Shown: piece by piece, positions 1 to 10,774 of the stretch
Position numbering within the stretch: position 1 is the first letter of the stretch
Layout of the letters: every line of letters begins with the position of its first letter
Source of the DNA: Cyanobacteriota bacterium
GTDB taxonomy: Bacteria; Cyanobacteriota; Cyanobacteriia; Cyanobacteriales; Nostocaceae
DNA: 64,000 nucleotides
Assembly (NCBI GenBank): GCA_046045965.1
Contig: JBJOKS010000021.1
Span: 49,234 to 113,233 of the forward strand
Reading direction: 5' to 3'
Notes under the pieces: generated by a model
Told to the model about the DNA's origin: nothing
The model's database searches: none
Seen by the model: the letters and a program-made list of their open reading frames with translations, nothing else
Translations under genes and position numbers: made by a program

Positions 1-1183
1 TCCTGGTGCTTTGTTACTTGATGGACCTAACATTAAGTTTACTTCAGCAGAACAAGTATTTTCTAAAGTTTCTGGTCAAAAACATAATAATCAATTTATA
101 GTAAGTATTGGAATCGAAAATAATCAATCTATTGAAAATAAATTTATAAAGTATCCAAGAAAGTCTTTAGAAATTATTGAAATGATTCATGAAAAAGACG
201 ATAAAAAAATTGTGCTTTCACCTGAAATTTTACCAGGAGATATTAAAGATATTTTACCAGAAATTTATTCGGAAATTGAGCAAACACTTAAAAATTTAGA
301 AGAGCTAAAAAATACCAGTATATATTGGATTATTGACCGTAATCGTTGTTTTTTAAATTTTTACTTGGTTATAAATGGATACAAAATGAATGAAATTTTT
401 CCATTGCTTAACCCGGTACATAACACTCTATATCCTAGTCATTCTGAAATATTTGGAAACTATATCAGAAAAATAATCCACTTACCTGGATTACGAGGAA
501 ATCCTGAACGTAACTACAAAACTACTGCTATAGGAGATGAATTTCCTGGTACATTTGATAATTATGTTGCTAGTATTATCAATCATTGGCAAAAACCTAG
601 AGATAAACGTCTTCAAGAGTTAGCTAATTTACTGGAAAATCTGGGACTAACTTGTAAAGTTCACGCTAAACAAGTTAATGATACACAAGTTGAGCTTAGA
701 GTTGGTCGTTTACCAAGAAACTCGGATGCAAAAGATGATATGGTCAATATTGCCGATGTTGGTTTTGGTGTTTCCCAAACTTTACCTGTTTTAGTCGCTT
801 TGCTAGTCGCTAAACCAGGACAATTAGTTTATATTGAACAACCAGAAATACATTTACATCCCCGCGCTCAAGTTGCTATGGCGGAAATATTAGCAAATGC
901 TGCAAAACGGGGAGTAAAAGTAGTTATAGAAACTCATAGTGATAGATTAATTTTAGCAATTCAGTCTTTAGTCGCTGAAGGTAATTTATCGCCAGATTTA
1001 GTCAAACTGCACTGGTTTACACGGCAAGATGATGGTATAACAAGAGTCAATAGTGCTGATTTAGATGAAACTGGCGCTTTTGGAGATTGGCCAGAGGATT
1101 TTGGTGATATATCTCTACAACTGGAAAACCGTTATTTAAGTGCTGCGGAAGCTCGTTTAATGCAAGGGATACATGGGGGATAA
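1..1183 (+). CDS. ABC/AAA-type ATPase (AAA_21-like, C-terminal DUF3696-like region), 5'-truncated by window edge
   Basis: Signature-like NIADVGFGVSQTLP, Walker B LVYIEQPE, H-loop ETHSD; no Walker A in view and the frame is open to position 2. Confidence 0.8.
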   Translation, partial: PGALLLDGPNIKFTSAEQVFSKVSGQKHNNQFIVSIGIENNQSIENKFIKYPRKSLEIIEMIHEKDDKKIVLSPEILPGDIKDILPEIYSEIEQTLKNLEELKNTSIYWIIDRNRCFLNFYLVINGYKMNEIFPLLNPVHNTLYPSHSEIFGNYIRKIIHLPGLRGNPERNYKTTAIGDEFPGTFDNYVASIINHWQKPRDKRLQELANLLENLGLTCKVHAKQVNDTQVELRVGRLPRNSDAKDDMVNIADVGFGVSQTLPVLVALLVAKPGQLVYIEQPEIHLHPRAQVAMAEILANAAKRGVKVVIETHSDRLILAIQSLVAEGNLSPDLVKLHWFTRQDDGITRVNSADLDETGAFGDWPEDFGDISLQLENRYLSAAEARLMQGIHGG

Positions 1184-1736
1184 AGTAGATTCTAAGCGTT
1201 TGGTAATTGATGCTTCTGTTGCACGTTCATGTGGTACTAATGAAGCAACTTATCCAACTTCAGTAAACTGCCGTAATTTTCTGATGGCGGTTTTGCAAAT
1301 TTGTCACCAAATTGTGATGACACCAGATATTAAAAAAGAGTGGGATAAACATCAATCACCATTTGCTCGAAAATGGCTTACTCAAATGGTGGCTAAGAAA
1401 AAATTTAAATATTTAGATATTTCGATTGATAGTGATTTATGGAGTCAAGTAGAAAGTATTGCTGCCAATGTGAGTAATAAAAGAATTGAAGAAATGACGA
1501 AAGATTTATGTTTAATTGAAGCAGCACTGGCAACAGATAAAATTGTTATATCCCTGGATGATAATACAGCTAGAAAATTTTTTAGTGAAGCATCTGTAAA
1601 AATAGAGGAACTCAGGGATATTGTGTGGGTAAATCCAGATAAAGTAGATGAAGAAAACCCGATTGAATGGCTAAAAAATGGGGCTGAAGCAGAAAGCGAT
1701 CGCTTTTTGATAAATTATAGACGCGAGTTAGATTAA
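1173..1736 (+). CDS. Hypothetical protein, PIN-domain-like
   Basis: N-terminal LVIDASV, central KEW, KDLCLIEAAL and VISLDD match PIN acidic-residue spacing; overlaps the upstream ATPase gene by 11 nt. Confidence 0.6.
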   Translation: MGDKVDSKRLVIDASVARSCGTNEATYPTSVNCRNFLMAVLQICHQIVMTPDIKKEWDKHQSPFARKWLTQMVAKKKFKYLDISIDSDLWSQVESIAANVSNKRIEEMTKDLCLIEAALATDKIVISLDDNTARKFFSEASVKIEELRDIVWVNPDKVDEENPIEWLKNGAEAESDRFLINYRRELD

Positions 1737-1809
1737 TTGACTTGTTACGAAAAAGTTCAATTTGACCCAAAAACTCAACATATTTGTGCTACCCTAGAAC
1801 AGTTGTCTA

Positions 1810-1893
1810 AAATCCGCACATCCGGGAATTCGGGTGTTTCCGTTATGGAAATGCACCTGGGTGGAGGTTTAACCCGAATAGGAGTAAGAAAAT
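1810..1893 (+). promoter_or_regulatory. rpsB 5' leader (S2 autoregulatory leader-like)
   Basis: GC-rich structured leader (CCGCACATCCGGG...GGGTGGAGGTTTAACCC) directly upstream of rpsB; RBS AGGAG. Confidence 0.5.
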
Positions 1894-2688
1894 ATGCCAG
1901 TCGTTTCTTTGGCTCAGATGATGGAGTCAGGTGTTCACTTTGGGCATCAAACCCGACGTTGGAACCCAAAGATGTCTCCTTACATCTACACTTCCCGCAA
2001 TGGTGTACATATCATTGACTTGGTGCAAACAGCCCAGTTGATGGATAACGCCTACAACTATATGCGATCGCAAGCAGAGCAAGGGAAGAAATTCTTGTTT
2101 GTTGGCACAAAACGGCAAGCAGCAGGGATTATTGCTCAAGAAGCTACCCGTTGTGGTTCTCACTACATTAACCAGCGTTGGTTAGGTGGAATGCTCACTA
2201 ACTGGGCTACCATTAAGACCAGAGCAGACCGTCTGAAAGATTTAGAACGTCGGGAAGAAAACGGCGCACTGGATTTATTGCCTAAGAAAGAAGCGTCAAT
2301 GCTGCGTCGGGAAATGACAAAGCTGCAAAAATACTTGGGTGGCATTAAAAATATGCGGAAAGTCCCCGATGTTGTGATCATTGTTGACCAACGACGGGAA
2401 TATAACGCAGTTCAAGAATGCGAAAAATTGGGTATTCCTATTGTGTCCATGTTGGATACAAACTGTGATCCAGATGTAGTAGACATTCCCATTCCAGCTA
2501 ATGATGACGCAATCAGATCAATTAAACTGATTGTTGGCAAATTAGCAGATGCTATTTATGAAGGCCGTCATGGTCAGCTGGAAGCAGAAGGGGATTATGA
2601 AGATTATGAAGGCGCTGAGGAAGAGTACGACTACGACGAAAGTGAGTACGCTGATGCAGCGATTCCCGACGACGAAGATGAAGAATAA
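1894..2688 (+). CDS. rpsB: 30S ribosomal protein S2
   Basis: [34 protein letters not shown]. Confidence 0.99.
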   Translation: MPVVSLAQMMESGVHFGHQTRRWNPKMSPYIYTSRNGVHIIDLVQTAQLMDNAYNYMRSQAEQGKKFLFVGTKRQAAGIIAQEATRCGSHYINQRWLGGMLTNWATIKTRADRLKDLERREENGALDLLPKKEASMLRREMTKLQKYLGGIKNMRKVPDVVIIVDQRREYNAVQECEKLGIPIVSMLDTNCDPDVVDIPIPANDDAIRSIKLIVGKLADAIYEGRHGQLEAEGDYEDYEGAEEEYDYDESEYADAAIPDDEDEE

Positions 2689-2823
2689 TAAGAATTGAGG
2701 ATTTACTAGGGGTTAAGCAATTGGCTTGATCCTTAGAATCATCATTTCTTTAACTGCTGTGGTGGCAATTACTGATTTAAGGTAATTGAGTATTAAAACG
2801 AAACGAAACGGAATTGAGGCAAC

Positions 2824-3765
2824 ATGGCGGAAATATCTGCAAAACTCGTCCAAGAGCTACGCCAAAAAACTGGTGCCGGCATGATGGACTGCAAAAAGGC
2901 GCTGAAAGAAACTGAAGGCAATATAGAAGAAGCCATTGACTGGCTGAGAAAAAAAGGTATTGCTTCAGCAGGTAAAAAAAGCGATCGCATTGCGGCTGAA
3001 GGTCTAGTAGACACCTACATTCAGCCTGATGGTAAGGTGGGTGTACTCATAGAAGTTAACTGCCAAACAGATTTTGTTGCCCGTAACGACGCTTTTAAAT
3101 CCTTAGTTAAGAAACTGGCACAACAAGCGGTAACTGCTGAGAGCATTGAGTCTTTGCTGGCTCAACCTTATATTGAAAATACCAGCGTGACTGTAGATGA
3201 GTTCATCAAAGAAACTATTGCTACCCTGGGTGAAAATATTCAGGTGCGGCGCTTTGTCAACTTTTCTCTTGGTAACACACCAGGAGTAGTAGACAGCTAC
3301 ATTCATACTGGTGGTAGAGTTGGTGTTTTGGTTCAACTGAGCGCCCAAACTGACGCAGCTGCTGGTAACGAAGAGTTCCAAAACTTGGCTAAAAACACAG
3401 CCATGCAAATTGCAGCTTGTCCCAATGTCGAGTATGTCAGTGTAGATCAAATTCCTGCCGAAGTTGTCAAAAAAGAAAAAGACATTGAAATGGGCAAGGA
3501 TGACTTGGGGAATAAACCAGAGAACATTAAAGAAAAGATTGTTCAAGGACGAATTGATAAACGCCTTAAAGAAATGGCTTTGCTGGATCAACCTTACATC
3601 CGTGACCAAAGTATTTCTGTAGAAGACTTGGTGAAGCAAGTTAAATCTAAAGTAGGTGAAGAGATCCAAGTACATCGCTTTGTGCGCTATGTGCTAGGTG
3701 AAGGCATTGAAAAGCAAGAAATTAGCTTTGCTGAAGAAGTAGCTGCTCAAATGGGCGCTAAGTAG
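2824..3765 (+). CDS. tsf: Elongation factor Ts
   Basis: [26 protein letters not shown]; follows rpsB. Confidence 0.99.
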   Translation: MAEISAKLVQELRQKTGAGMMDCKKALKETEGNIEEAIDWLRKKGIASAGKKSDRIAAEGLVDTYIQPDGKVGVLIEVNCQTDFVARNDAFKSLVKKLAQQAVTAESIESLLAQPYIENTSVTVDEFIKETIATLGENIQVRRFVNFSLGNTPGVVDSYIHTGGRVGVLVQLSAQTDAAAGNEEFQNLAKNTAMQIAACPNVEYVSVDQIPAEVVKKEKDIEMGKDDLGNKPENIKEKIVQGRIDKRLKEMALLDQPYIRDQSISVEDLVKQVKSKVGEEIQVHRFVRYVLGEGIEKQEISFAEEVAAQMGAK

Positions 3766-3861
3766 TTTAGTTATTAGTCAATAGTCAGTAGTGAGTTGTT
3801 AATAGTATCTAATTAACTAAAACTTCTTGACTATGGACTTTTGACTAATTTCTACTTAAAT

Positions 3862-3897
3862 AACAGGTCTAGCAAACTTTGCTGGCCTGTATTTTAT
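3862..3897 (+). terminator. Probable intrinsic terminator of rpsB-tsf
   Basis: Hairpin ACAGG-TCTAGCAAA-C-TTTGCTGG-CCTGT followed by ATTTTATT. Confidence 0.55.
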
Positions 3898-3927
3898 TAG
3901 CAGTTAGAATGGGATTAATACCAATTC

Positions 3928-3961
3928 ATAATTGATAATTGATAATTGATAATTGATAATT
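3928..3961. repeat. STRR-type heptamer tandem repeat (ATAATTG)n
   Basis: About 5 tandem copies visible. Confidence 0.9.
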
Positions 3962-4104
3962 AAAAAATTCAGATTTTATAGCAAACGCCAAGGTGCTTAA
4001 AAAATCAACTATAATCCAAACTCCAGATGATCTGGATAATTATTTTCACGACAAATTTTCAATTTGTATCAAAATAAAATTCAGATAGAGAAAAAGGGGA
4101 AGAT

Positions 4105-4953
4105 ATGGCCAGATCAATTGAGCGAATAGAACGGGATATTACAGCCATAAAACAGGCGATAAGAGCGATCGCCATAGAACTAAACAGCAATTATGTCAAT
4201 TATTTAAACATTCTGGGAGAAGCTTTACAAAAACAGTTAATTGTGGCAGTTTATCACCTTTGTACTCAAGGCTATCCTGAGAAGTTTCTCAACTTGTCAC
4301 TTAATCAGCGCCAACAATTACAACAAGGCATTCGTAAATTAGGTCAAAAAGGCGCACAACAGTTGCTGGTTTATATTCAGGGTAGTGAAACTGAGGAAAT
4401 TCAGGAAACTGAAGCAACTGAAGAAATTCAGGAAATTCAGGAAACAGACGAGAGTGAAAACAATGAACCATCGAAAATTGAAAATCAAAAATATTTAGAT
4501 CCTTCCAACCCGATAGAACTAGCAAAATGGCATCAGGATTTAGAGGAAGGGATTCAGGATACACTGAAGAAAGTTTCCCATGATGCTAATTCTTTAATCC
4601 AAAAAGCTGGTCTTTTACCCAAAAAATTACCAGAACCGATTTTAGCAGCAGCAGCGGCAGCTTCAGAAGCTTCAGCCGAGGTGATACCGGGTCCTCCTAA
4701 TCTATTAAACTTAGTAATAGAAATCAGTAATGAGCCGGAATCAGAAGATTCTAGCTTGACACAGCTTATGACCCTGAACTTGCGACTAGGAGACATTGAA
4801 TTTGCTGATACCACACTTTTGTCAGGGCGCAAGCAAATTCGTAATATTTTATTGCAACTGAATAAGCTAGGAAGAGAGTATCAGAAAAAACAGCGAGAAC
4901 TCAAAAGTGCGGAAGCTGAAGCTGCCTGGCGTGCCAGTTGGTTTGAGGACTAG
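4105..4953 (+). CDS. Conserved cyanobacterial hypothetical coiled-coil protein
   Basis: 282-aa ORF with acidic EEIQET repeat linker and C-terminal AEAEAAWRASW. Confidence 0.8.
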   Translation: MARSIERIERDITAIKQAIRAIAIELNSNYVNYLNILGEALQKQLIVAVYHLCTQGYPEKFLNLSLNQRQQLQQGIRKLGQKGAQQLLVYIQGSETEEIQETEATEEIQEIQETDESENNEPSKIENQKYLDPSNPIELAKWHQDLEEGIQDTLKKVSHDANSLIQKAGLLPKKLPEPILAAAAAASEASAEVIPGPPNLLNLVIEISNEPESEDSSLTQLMTLNLRLGDIEFADTTLLSGRKQIRNILLQLNKLGREYQKKQRELKSAEAEAAWRASWFED

Positions 4954-5054
4954 CACCGCAAGGCGAACATCAAAAGTCAAAAGTCAAAAGTCAAAATTTA
5001 CAATGAAAGAAATTCTGCCTATTCTCTATTCCCTATTCCCTATTCCCTTGACTA

Positions 5055-7520
5055 ATGATTAATGACACTCCCGATTGGATAAGATTACATAAAGCCTTAG
5101 CCGTAGAGGCAGAATCTGGCTTTACAGATTTGGTGGGTAAGCAATACCGCTTCAGTGAATTTCTGAGTTTGACTTTTGGGAAGTTTCCCCAAGCGTTGCC
5201 TCCAAAAGAACGCTCGCGCTGGTACGAAATAGCAATGCAATTTGCTAACTATTCAAATCTGGAAGTGGAAGCAAGACAGCATTTAGTCGCCGAAGTTAGA
5301 AGATACCTCTACCAATTACAGCAAGAACTAGAGGAGGGGGAGCAGGGGAGAATATATCCAAGTAAAACCATAAATCTCACAACCCCAATTGTTGCCGAAG
5401 TGAGTAAAAAACTAGCTCCAAAAATTGAGCAAAAACTTAGTGATTTGCCGGAAATTGGCATTAAAAAAGCTGAGAATTTAGCGCGGTTGGATTTACTGAC
5501 TGTACGTGATTTGTTGTTCTACTATCCTCGTGATCATATTGATTATGCACGTCAGGTAAATATTCAAGAGTTACAGGGTGGTGAGACGGTAACGATCATA
5601 GCAACTGTAAAGCGGTTTAATTATTTTACTAGCCCGAAAAATAAGAAGTTATCAATTTTAGAATTGATTCTGAAAGATAACACAGGTCAAATTAAAGTTA
5701 GTCGTTTTTTTGCTGGGGCGCGGTTTAGCAGTCGTGGGTGGCAGGAAAGTTTAAAACGCCGCTATGCTGTGGGTAGTGTTTTGGCAGCTTGTGGGTTAGT
5801 AAAAGGTGGTAAATATGGTTTAACTTTAGATAATCCAGAATTGGAAGTGTTAGCAAATCCAGGAGATACAATTGATTCTCTAACTATTGGCCGAGTTGTG
5901 CCGATTTATGCTTTAACTGAGGGAGTGGTGGCAAATACGGTGAGACAAGCTGTAATTGCGGCTTTACCTGCGGCGGCTCATTTGAAAGATCCTTTACCCA
6001 GTGGTTTGCGGAAAAAATATGATTTAATGGAATTGAAGGATGCAATTCCTAATATTCATTTTCCTAAAGATAGTGATACTTTAAAATCTGCCCGTCGGCG
6101 TTTGGTATTTGATGAATTTTTCTATTTGCAAGTTGGTTTATTACAACGTCAGAAAAAAGCTAAGGAAATTCAAACCAGCGCCGTTCTTGCACCGAAGGGC
6201 AAATTATTAGAACAATTTAACGAAATTCTTCCTTTTAAATTTACAGGCGCTCAACAAAGAGTTATTAACGATATTCTTAATGATTTACAAAAACCTACAC
6301 CGATGAATCGTTTAGTTCAAGGTGATGTAGGTTCAGGTAAAACAGTGGTAGCTGTAGTTGCTATTTTAGCTGCTATTCAATCTGGTTATCAAGCTGCTTT
6401 AATGGCTCCGACTGAAGTATTAGCAGAACAACATTATCGCAAATTAGTTAGTTGGTTTAACCTGCTACATTTGCCTGTTGAGTTATTAACAGGTTCGACA
6501 AAAATAGCCAAAAGACGAGAAATTCATTCTCAGTTAGAAACAGGTGAATTACCTTTATTAGTAGGAACTCACGCCTTAATTCAAGATAAAGTTAATTTTC
6601 AAAGTTTGGGTTTAGTTGTTATTGATGAACAGCACCGTTTTGGGGTAGAACAAAGAGCGAAGTTACAACAAAAAGGTGAACAACCTCATGTTTTAACTAT
6701 GACAGCAACTCCCATTCCTCGAACTTTGGCTTTAACAGTACATGGTGATTTAGATGTTAGTCAAATTGATGAATTACCACCAGGAAGACAACAAATTCAA
6801 ACTACTTTATTAAGTGGTCAACAACGACCAAAAGCTTACGATTTAATCCGGCGAGAAGTTGCCCAAGGTAGACAAGTTTATGTAGTTTTACCTTTGGTGG
6901 AAGAGTCAGAAAAATTAGATTTGCGTTCGGCTGTTGATGAACATCAAAAATTACAAGAAAGCGTTTTTCCTGATTTTCAAGTTGGGTTATTGCATGGACG
7001 TATGACTTCAGCAGAGAAGGATGAAGCAATTACCAAATTTAGGGATAATGAAACGCAGATATTAGTTTCTACTACTGTAGTTGAAGTAGGTGTAGATGTA
7101 CCAAATGCCACGGTGATGCTAATTGAACACGCGGAAAGATTTGGGTTATCACAGTTACATCAATTACGGGGGCGTGTGGGACGGGGTGCAGCGCAGTCTT
7201 ATTGTTTATTGATGAGTAGTTCGAGAAGTGCGGATGCTCAACAACGGTTGAAGGTGTTGGAACAGTCTCAGGATGGGTTTTTTATCTCGGAAATGGATAT
7301 GCGTTTTCGTGGTCCTGGGGAAGTGATGGGGACTAGGCAATCTGGGGTAGCGGATTTTACTTTGGCTAGTTTGGTGGAAGATGAGGATGTGTTGCTGTTA
7401 GCGCGACAAGCAGCAGAGAAAGTGATTGATATGGATGCAAGTTTAGCGCGTTGGCCGTTGATGAAGGATGAGTTGCAGTATAGGTATGCGCGGTTAATGG
7501 GTGGAGCGATTTTGACGTAA
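5055..7520 (+). CDS. recG: ATP-dependent DNA helicase RecG
   Basis: QGDVGSGKT, DEQHRFG, MTATPIPRTL, QLRGRVGRG. Confidence 0.98.
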   Translation: MINDTPDWIRLHKALAVEAESGFTDLVGKQYRFSEFLSLTFGKFPQALPPKERSRWYEIAMQFANYSNLEVEARQHLVAEVRRYLYQLQQELEEGEQGRIYPSKTINLTTPIVAEVSKKLAPKIEQKLSDLPEIGIKKAENLARLDLLTVRDLLFYYPRDHIDYARQVNIQELQGGETVTIIATVKRFNYFTSPKNKKLSILELILKDNTGQIKVSRFFAGARFSSRGWQESLKRRYAVGSVLAACGLVKGGKYGLTLDNPELEVLANPGDTIDSLTIGRVVPIYALTEGVVANTVRQAVIAALPAAAHLKDPLPSGLRKKYDLMELKDAIPNIHFPKDSDTLKSARRRLVFDEFFYLQVGLLQRQKKAKEIQTSAVLAPKGKLLEQFNEILPFKFTGAQQRVINDILNDLQKPTPMNRLVQGDVGSGKTVVAVVAILAAIQSGYQAALMAPTEVLAEQHYRKLVSWFNLLHLPVELLTGSTKIAKRREIHSQLETGELPLLVGTHALIQDKVNFQSLGLVVIDEQHRFGVEQRAKLQQKGEQPHVLTMTATPIPRTLALTVHGDLDVSQIDELPPGRQQIQTTLLSGQQRPKAYDLIRREVAQGRQVYVVLPLVEESEKLDLRSAVDEHQKLQESVFPDFQVGLLHGRMTSAEKDEAITKFRDNETQILVSTTVVEVGVDVPNATVMLIEHAERFGLSQLHQLRGRVGRGAAQSYCLLMSSSRSADAQQRLKVLEQSQDGFFISEMDMRFRGPGEVMGTRQSGVADFTLASLVEDEDVLLLARQAAEKVIDMDASLARWPLMKDELQYRYARLMGGAILT

Positions 7521-7558
7521 TTAGGGGAAACGCAACTAAAGTATCTTGAGAAGATTTA

Positions 7559-7725
7559 GGGACTTCCAAGAAATAAATTATCTCGATTAAGGAACCGCAG
7601 AGACGCAGAGAAGCCAGTGCGTTGGGCGGGTTCCCCGACTTGTAGCAACTGGCGCGACACAGAGAAATAAGGGTTTGAGAGATTTTTACGTTAGGTGGTT
7701 GAGTGTTTTTTTATTTGGAAGTCCC
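7559..7725. mobile_element. MITE with terminal inverted repeats and a nested small repeat
   Basis: GGGACTTCCAA...TTGGAAGTCCC TIRs flanked by TTA on both sides; no ORF. Confidence 0.75.
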
Positions 7726-7837
7726 TTAATTCAAATACTTATAAAATCTTTGATTCATCCCTTATTAGTAGATTACTATAAGTAATACTAACTCTATTCT
7801 GATTCTTGAATTCCTACTATTTATTTTAGAAAAAGAA

Positions 7838-9295
7838 ATGTCACAACAGAACACAATTACAAATCCTCAAGAAATCTATGATGTAGTTATCGTTGGTGCT
7901 GGTCCTGTTGGTTTAGCAACTGCGATTGGTTTACGCCAGCGGGGTATAGAAAATATACTTGTTATTGACCAAGCTCGCACTTTTCGTCAAGTTGGTCAAG
8001 TTTTAGACCTTTTACCTAATGGATTAAAAGCACTAAAAGAGTTAGATTTAAATGCCTATACAGCAGTCAAGGATAATGCTATTAAGTTATTTTCTCCTCA
8101 GCAATCTGATGATCAAAAAACCGCTAAAACTTCACCTCAATGGGTTTACAAAAATCTCCAAGGTCAGTTAATTAGATCAATTTCTTTGGGGTTTGATGAT
8201 TGGTTTAAAGATTATGGTGAAGGGAGATTATCATTAGCTTGGTTTGAATTACAAACTACCCTGAGAAACCTTATTCCTCCAGAAACAGTCAAAGCTAACC
8301 ATCGTTGTATTAATTTAGTGGATGAACCAGAAAATGGTTGTGTGCGGGTAGAGTGTGTTTCTGATGGTAATGTTGAAGATAACCCCTATGCCTATTGGGA
8401 AGAAAATTCAACACTAGCGAATAATTCAACTCAAAACTTAGATAACTTACCTCCGAAATTAATATCTAAAACGTTTCGGGGAAAACTAATTATTGGTGCA
8501 GATGGAATTAACTCTAATGTCCGTCAGGTAATCTATAAAGATAGCCCCTACTCTGCGTTTGCTAAACCTCAATACTCTGGCTTTGCGGCTATAATGTGCA
8601 GAGAGATAAAGGGTATTCCTGAACAACTCCAAACTGAAATAGTAAATACATTTTTGCCAGGTACTTTTCTTGCTACCATTAGTAATGATTGCATATCGGA
8701 AAATTCTCCAGATGTAATCGAGCCCAGGATGATGTTATTTTCCAGAATACCAGGTCAATTTGGATATATAATCCATCTACCCGTAACTTTAGAAGCTTTG
8801 CAAAATAAATCTGGACAGGATTTAATTGATTTAGCTTTACAAGAATTAGAAAAAGCCGATTTTCCTGACAGCTTAAAAGAATTAGTGGCAATTTCTCCAT
8901 CGGCAAATATGCAGCAACGTCCTTACTATATTCACCATACTAGCAATGAAACTGATGCTGGCAAAATTACACCTGCATGGAGTCAAGGAAGAGTTATATT
9001 AGTTGGGGATGCAGCACATGGAATGCCACCATTTATGGCGCAAGGTGGAAATCAAGGCTTAGAAGATGCACTAGTAGTAGTGAAAATTATTGCTAATATT
9101 ACCAAGCAGAATTATTGGCATGATATAGAAGCAATCAGTCAACAATTTGCCCAATATGAACATTTACGCCGTCCATTTGTTGCATATATCCAAGCTGCAA
9201 CATTGACAAGATTACCCCAAACTTCCAATCAACAATGGCATGAATATAGCCAAAAAGTTTATACTCGTGATGTCAAAAAAATTATGGCTTTTTGA
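7838..9295 (+). CDS. FAD-dependent monooxygenase (aromatic hydroxylase family)
   Basis: GAGPVG, IGADGINS, LVGDAAHGMPPFMAQGGNQGLED. Confidence 0.92.
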   Translation: MSQQNTITNPQEIYDVVIVGAGPVGLATAIGLRQRGIENILVIDQARTFRQVGQVLDLLPNGLKALKELDLNAYTAVKDNAIKLFSPQQSDDQKTAKTSPQWVYKNLQGQLIRSISLGFDDWFKDYGEGRLSLAWFELQTTLRNLIPPETVKANHRCINLVDEPENGCVRVECVSDGNVEDNPYAYWEENSTLANNSTQNLDNLPPKLISKTFRGKLIIGADGINSNVRQVIYKDSPYSAFAKPQYSGFAAIMCREIKGIPEQLQTEIVNTFLPGTFLATISNDCISENSPDVIEPRMMLFSRIPGQFGYIIHLPVTLEALQNKSGQDLIDLALQELEKADFPDSLKELVAISPSANMQQRPYYIHHTSNETDAGKITPAWSQGRVILVGDAAHGMPPFMAQGGNQGLEDALVVVKIIANITKQNYWHDIEAISQQFAQYEHLRRPFVAYIQAATLTRLPQTSNQQWHEYSQKVYTRDVKKIMAF

Positions 9296-9466
9296 TTGTA
9301 AGTGTAAACTTACGTTTGCCCTACCAACCGTAGCTATTGCAAGCACTTCAATTTGGCGAGTATGTTGTCTTTACCTTTAACAGAATATTCCGTGAAGGTT
9401 ATGGAATATTAAACCGGGGCTTTGTTTCTCAAACATCACCCCTTTATTACCACAACAAAAACCAAA

Positions 9467-10522
9467 TCAACTAAACTCCATCGTCTCCACAAACTCCAGA
9501 ATATTTTGCTTAATGTCCTCAGCTTCATCTAAAATAGAACCGGGAATATCACCGTTAAAAAATGTCCGCTGACTGCTCACTATATACAAAAAGTCTCCAT
9601 TGATAAAGGCTAATAACCCCCGATAGGCATCTAATCTGATGGCATGACCGTTATTTTCTTGCTTGGAAATTGTTGAGCCTTTAGGCATATCAATTAATAC
9701 ATAATAATAGCCTTTTAAAGTATCTTGTAGATATTCTGTATACTTGATTTCTGCACCTTGGACATTGGCAAAAATGGCTTGTGGTAGATATTTATCGATG
9801 AGAATTGAGTGGAGATATGTTTCTTGTCCTTGAGATTTTATTGTTTCTAAATATTCATTCGGGAGCGGATAATAATCAATTCTCAGCAAAGTACCAACAT
9901 CATCAGAAAAGCCGACTATTCCTTCTTGACTTTGAATTTTTCCCCCTTCTTCTGGGATAACTGGGATGGGAACAATAAAATTACCCAAGGGAGATTGATA
10001 TATTTGTTGACCAAATTCATCTAATATTATTGTTTCGTATTCTGTTTCTGTATATTCTTCTTGTTCTTCTGCTTCTTCAATTGCAGCTATTACTTCTTTG
10101 ATAATTTCTTCTGCTTCTATATCTTCTAATTCTAAGGCTTGCTGTAGTTGTTTGATGTAAGGCTGTTTTTGTGTGGGGATAGCGAGAGTTTTGTCGTCTA
10201 AAAGCATGATGACACCAGCTGCAAAGCCATCTAATACTATCTCATCAGCAAGGCTGGCATTGGCGGTATTAAATAATGCTCCTAGTCCTTCATCTTCGGC
10301 GATCGCTGCTAGTCTGTCAACTATTTCCAGCATTTCTTCTTGTGAGTATTCATCAAAAACCTCGAATTCCCAGAGAATATCCGCTAAACTTTCTGCATCT
10401 AAGTCTTCAATGGAAGCATCCACTATTGCGGTAATTACGGCTATGGCAGCTACTGCTTCTTCTGGACTTAGTGATTCTTCTGATATTTCTTTTGACTTGA
10501 AAATTTGATCATACTTTGTCAT
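9467..10522 (-). CDS. TerB-like N-terminal domain protein with extra C-terminal domain
   Basis: LSPEEAVAAIAVITAIVD...QLQQALEL resembles the cyanobacterial TerB family; very acidic. Confidence 0.6.
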   Translation of the reverse strand: MTKYDQIFKSKEISEESLSPEEAVAAIAVITAIVDASIEDLDAESLADILWEFEVFDEYSQEEMLEIVDRLAAIAEDEGLGALFNTANASLADEIVLDGFAAGVIMLLDDKTLAIPTQKQPYIKQLQQALELEDIEAEEIIKEVIAAIEEAEEQEEYTETEYETIILDEFGQQIYQSPLGNFIVPIPVIPEEGGKIQSQEGIVGFSDDVGTLLRIDYYPLPNEYLETIKSQGQETYLHSILIDKYLPQAIFANVQGAEIKYTEYLQDTLKGYYYVLIDMPKGSTISKQENNGHAIRLDAYRGLLAFINGDFLYIVSSQRTFFNGDIPGSILDEAEDIKQNILEFVETMEFS

Positions 10523-10774
10523 AATATTTATCTCCCTCAGTAACTTGTTAGTATTTACCGATGTCTCACGGTAATAATTGTTAGTTTAGCAAGGTTAGAA
10601 ACCTTATCTAGATGATATTTAGTATTTTTAGTAAACTATGTTACTAGGACACGGGACAAGTTGAAGTGGTGTGATAGCGGGGAGCGCCCGCTTGATAGTC
10701 ATCACCCAAGGTAACGAGGAAAAACCATTGATGAGTCAAGAAACGCTCTACTTCCTAAAAAAGCATGTATAAAA

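Noticed and set aside
1737..3675. Short alternative ORFs overlapping rpsB/tsf (and similar antisense ORFs throughout the track)
   Set aside because: They overlap well-supported genes in other frames or strands and show no motifs.
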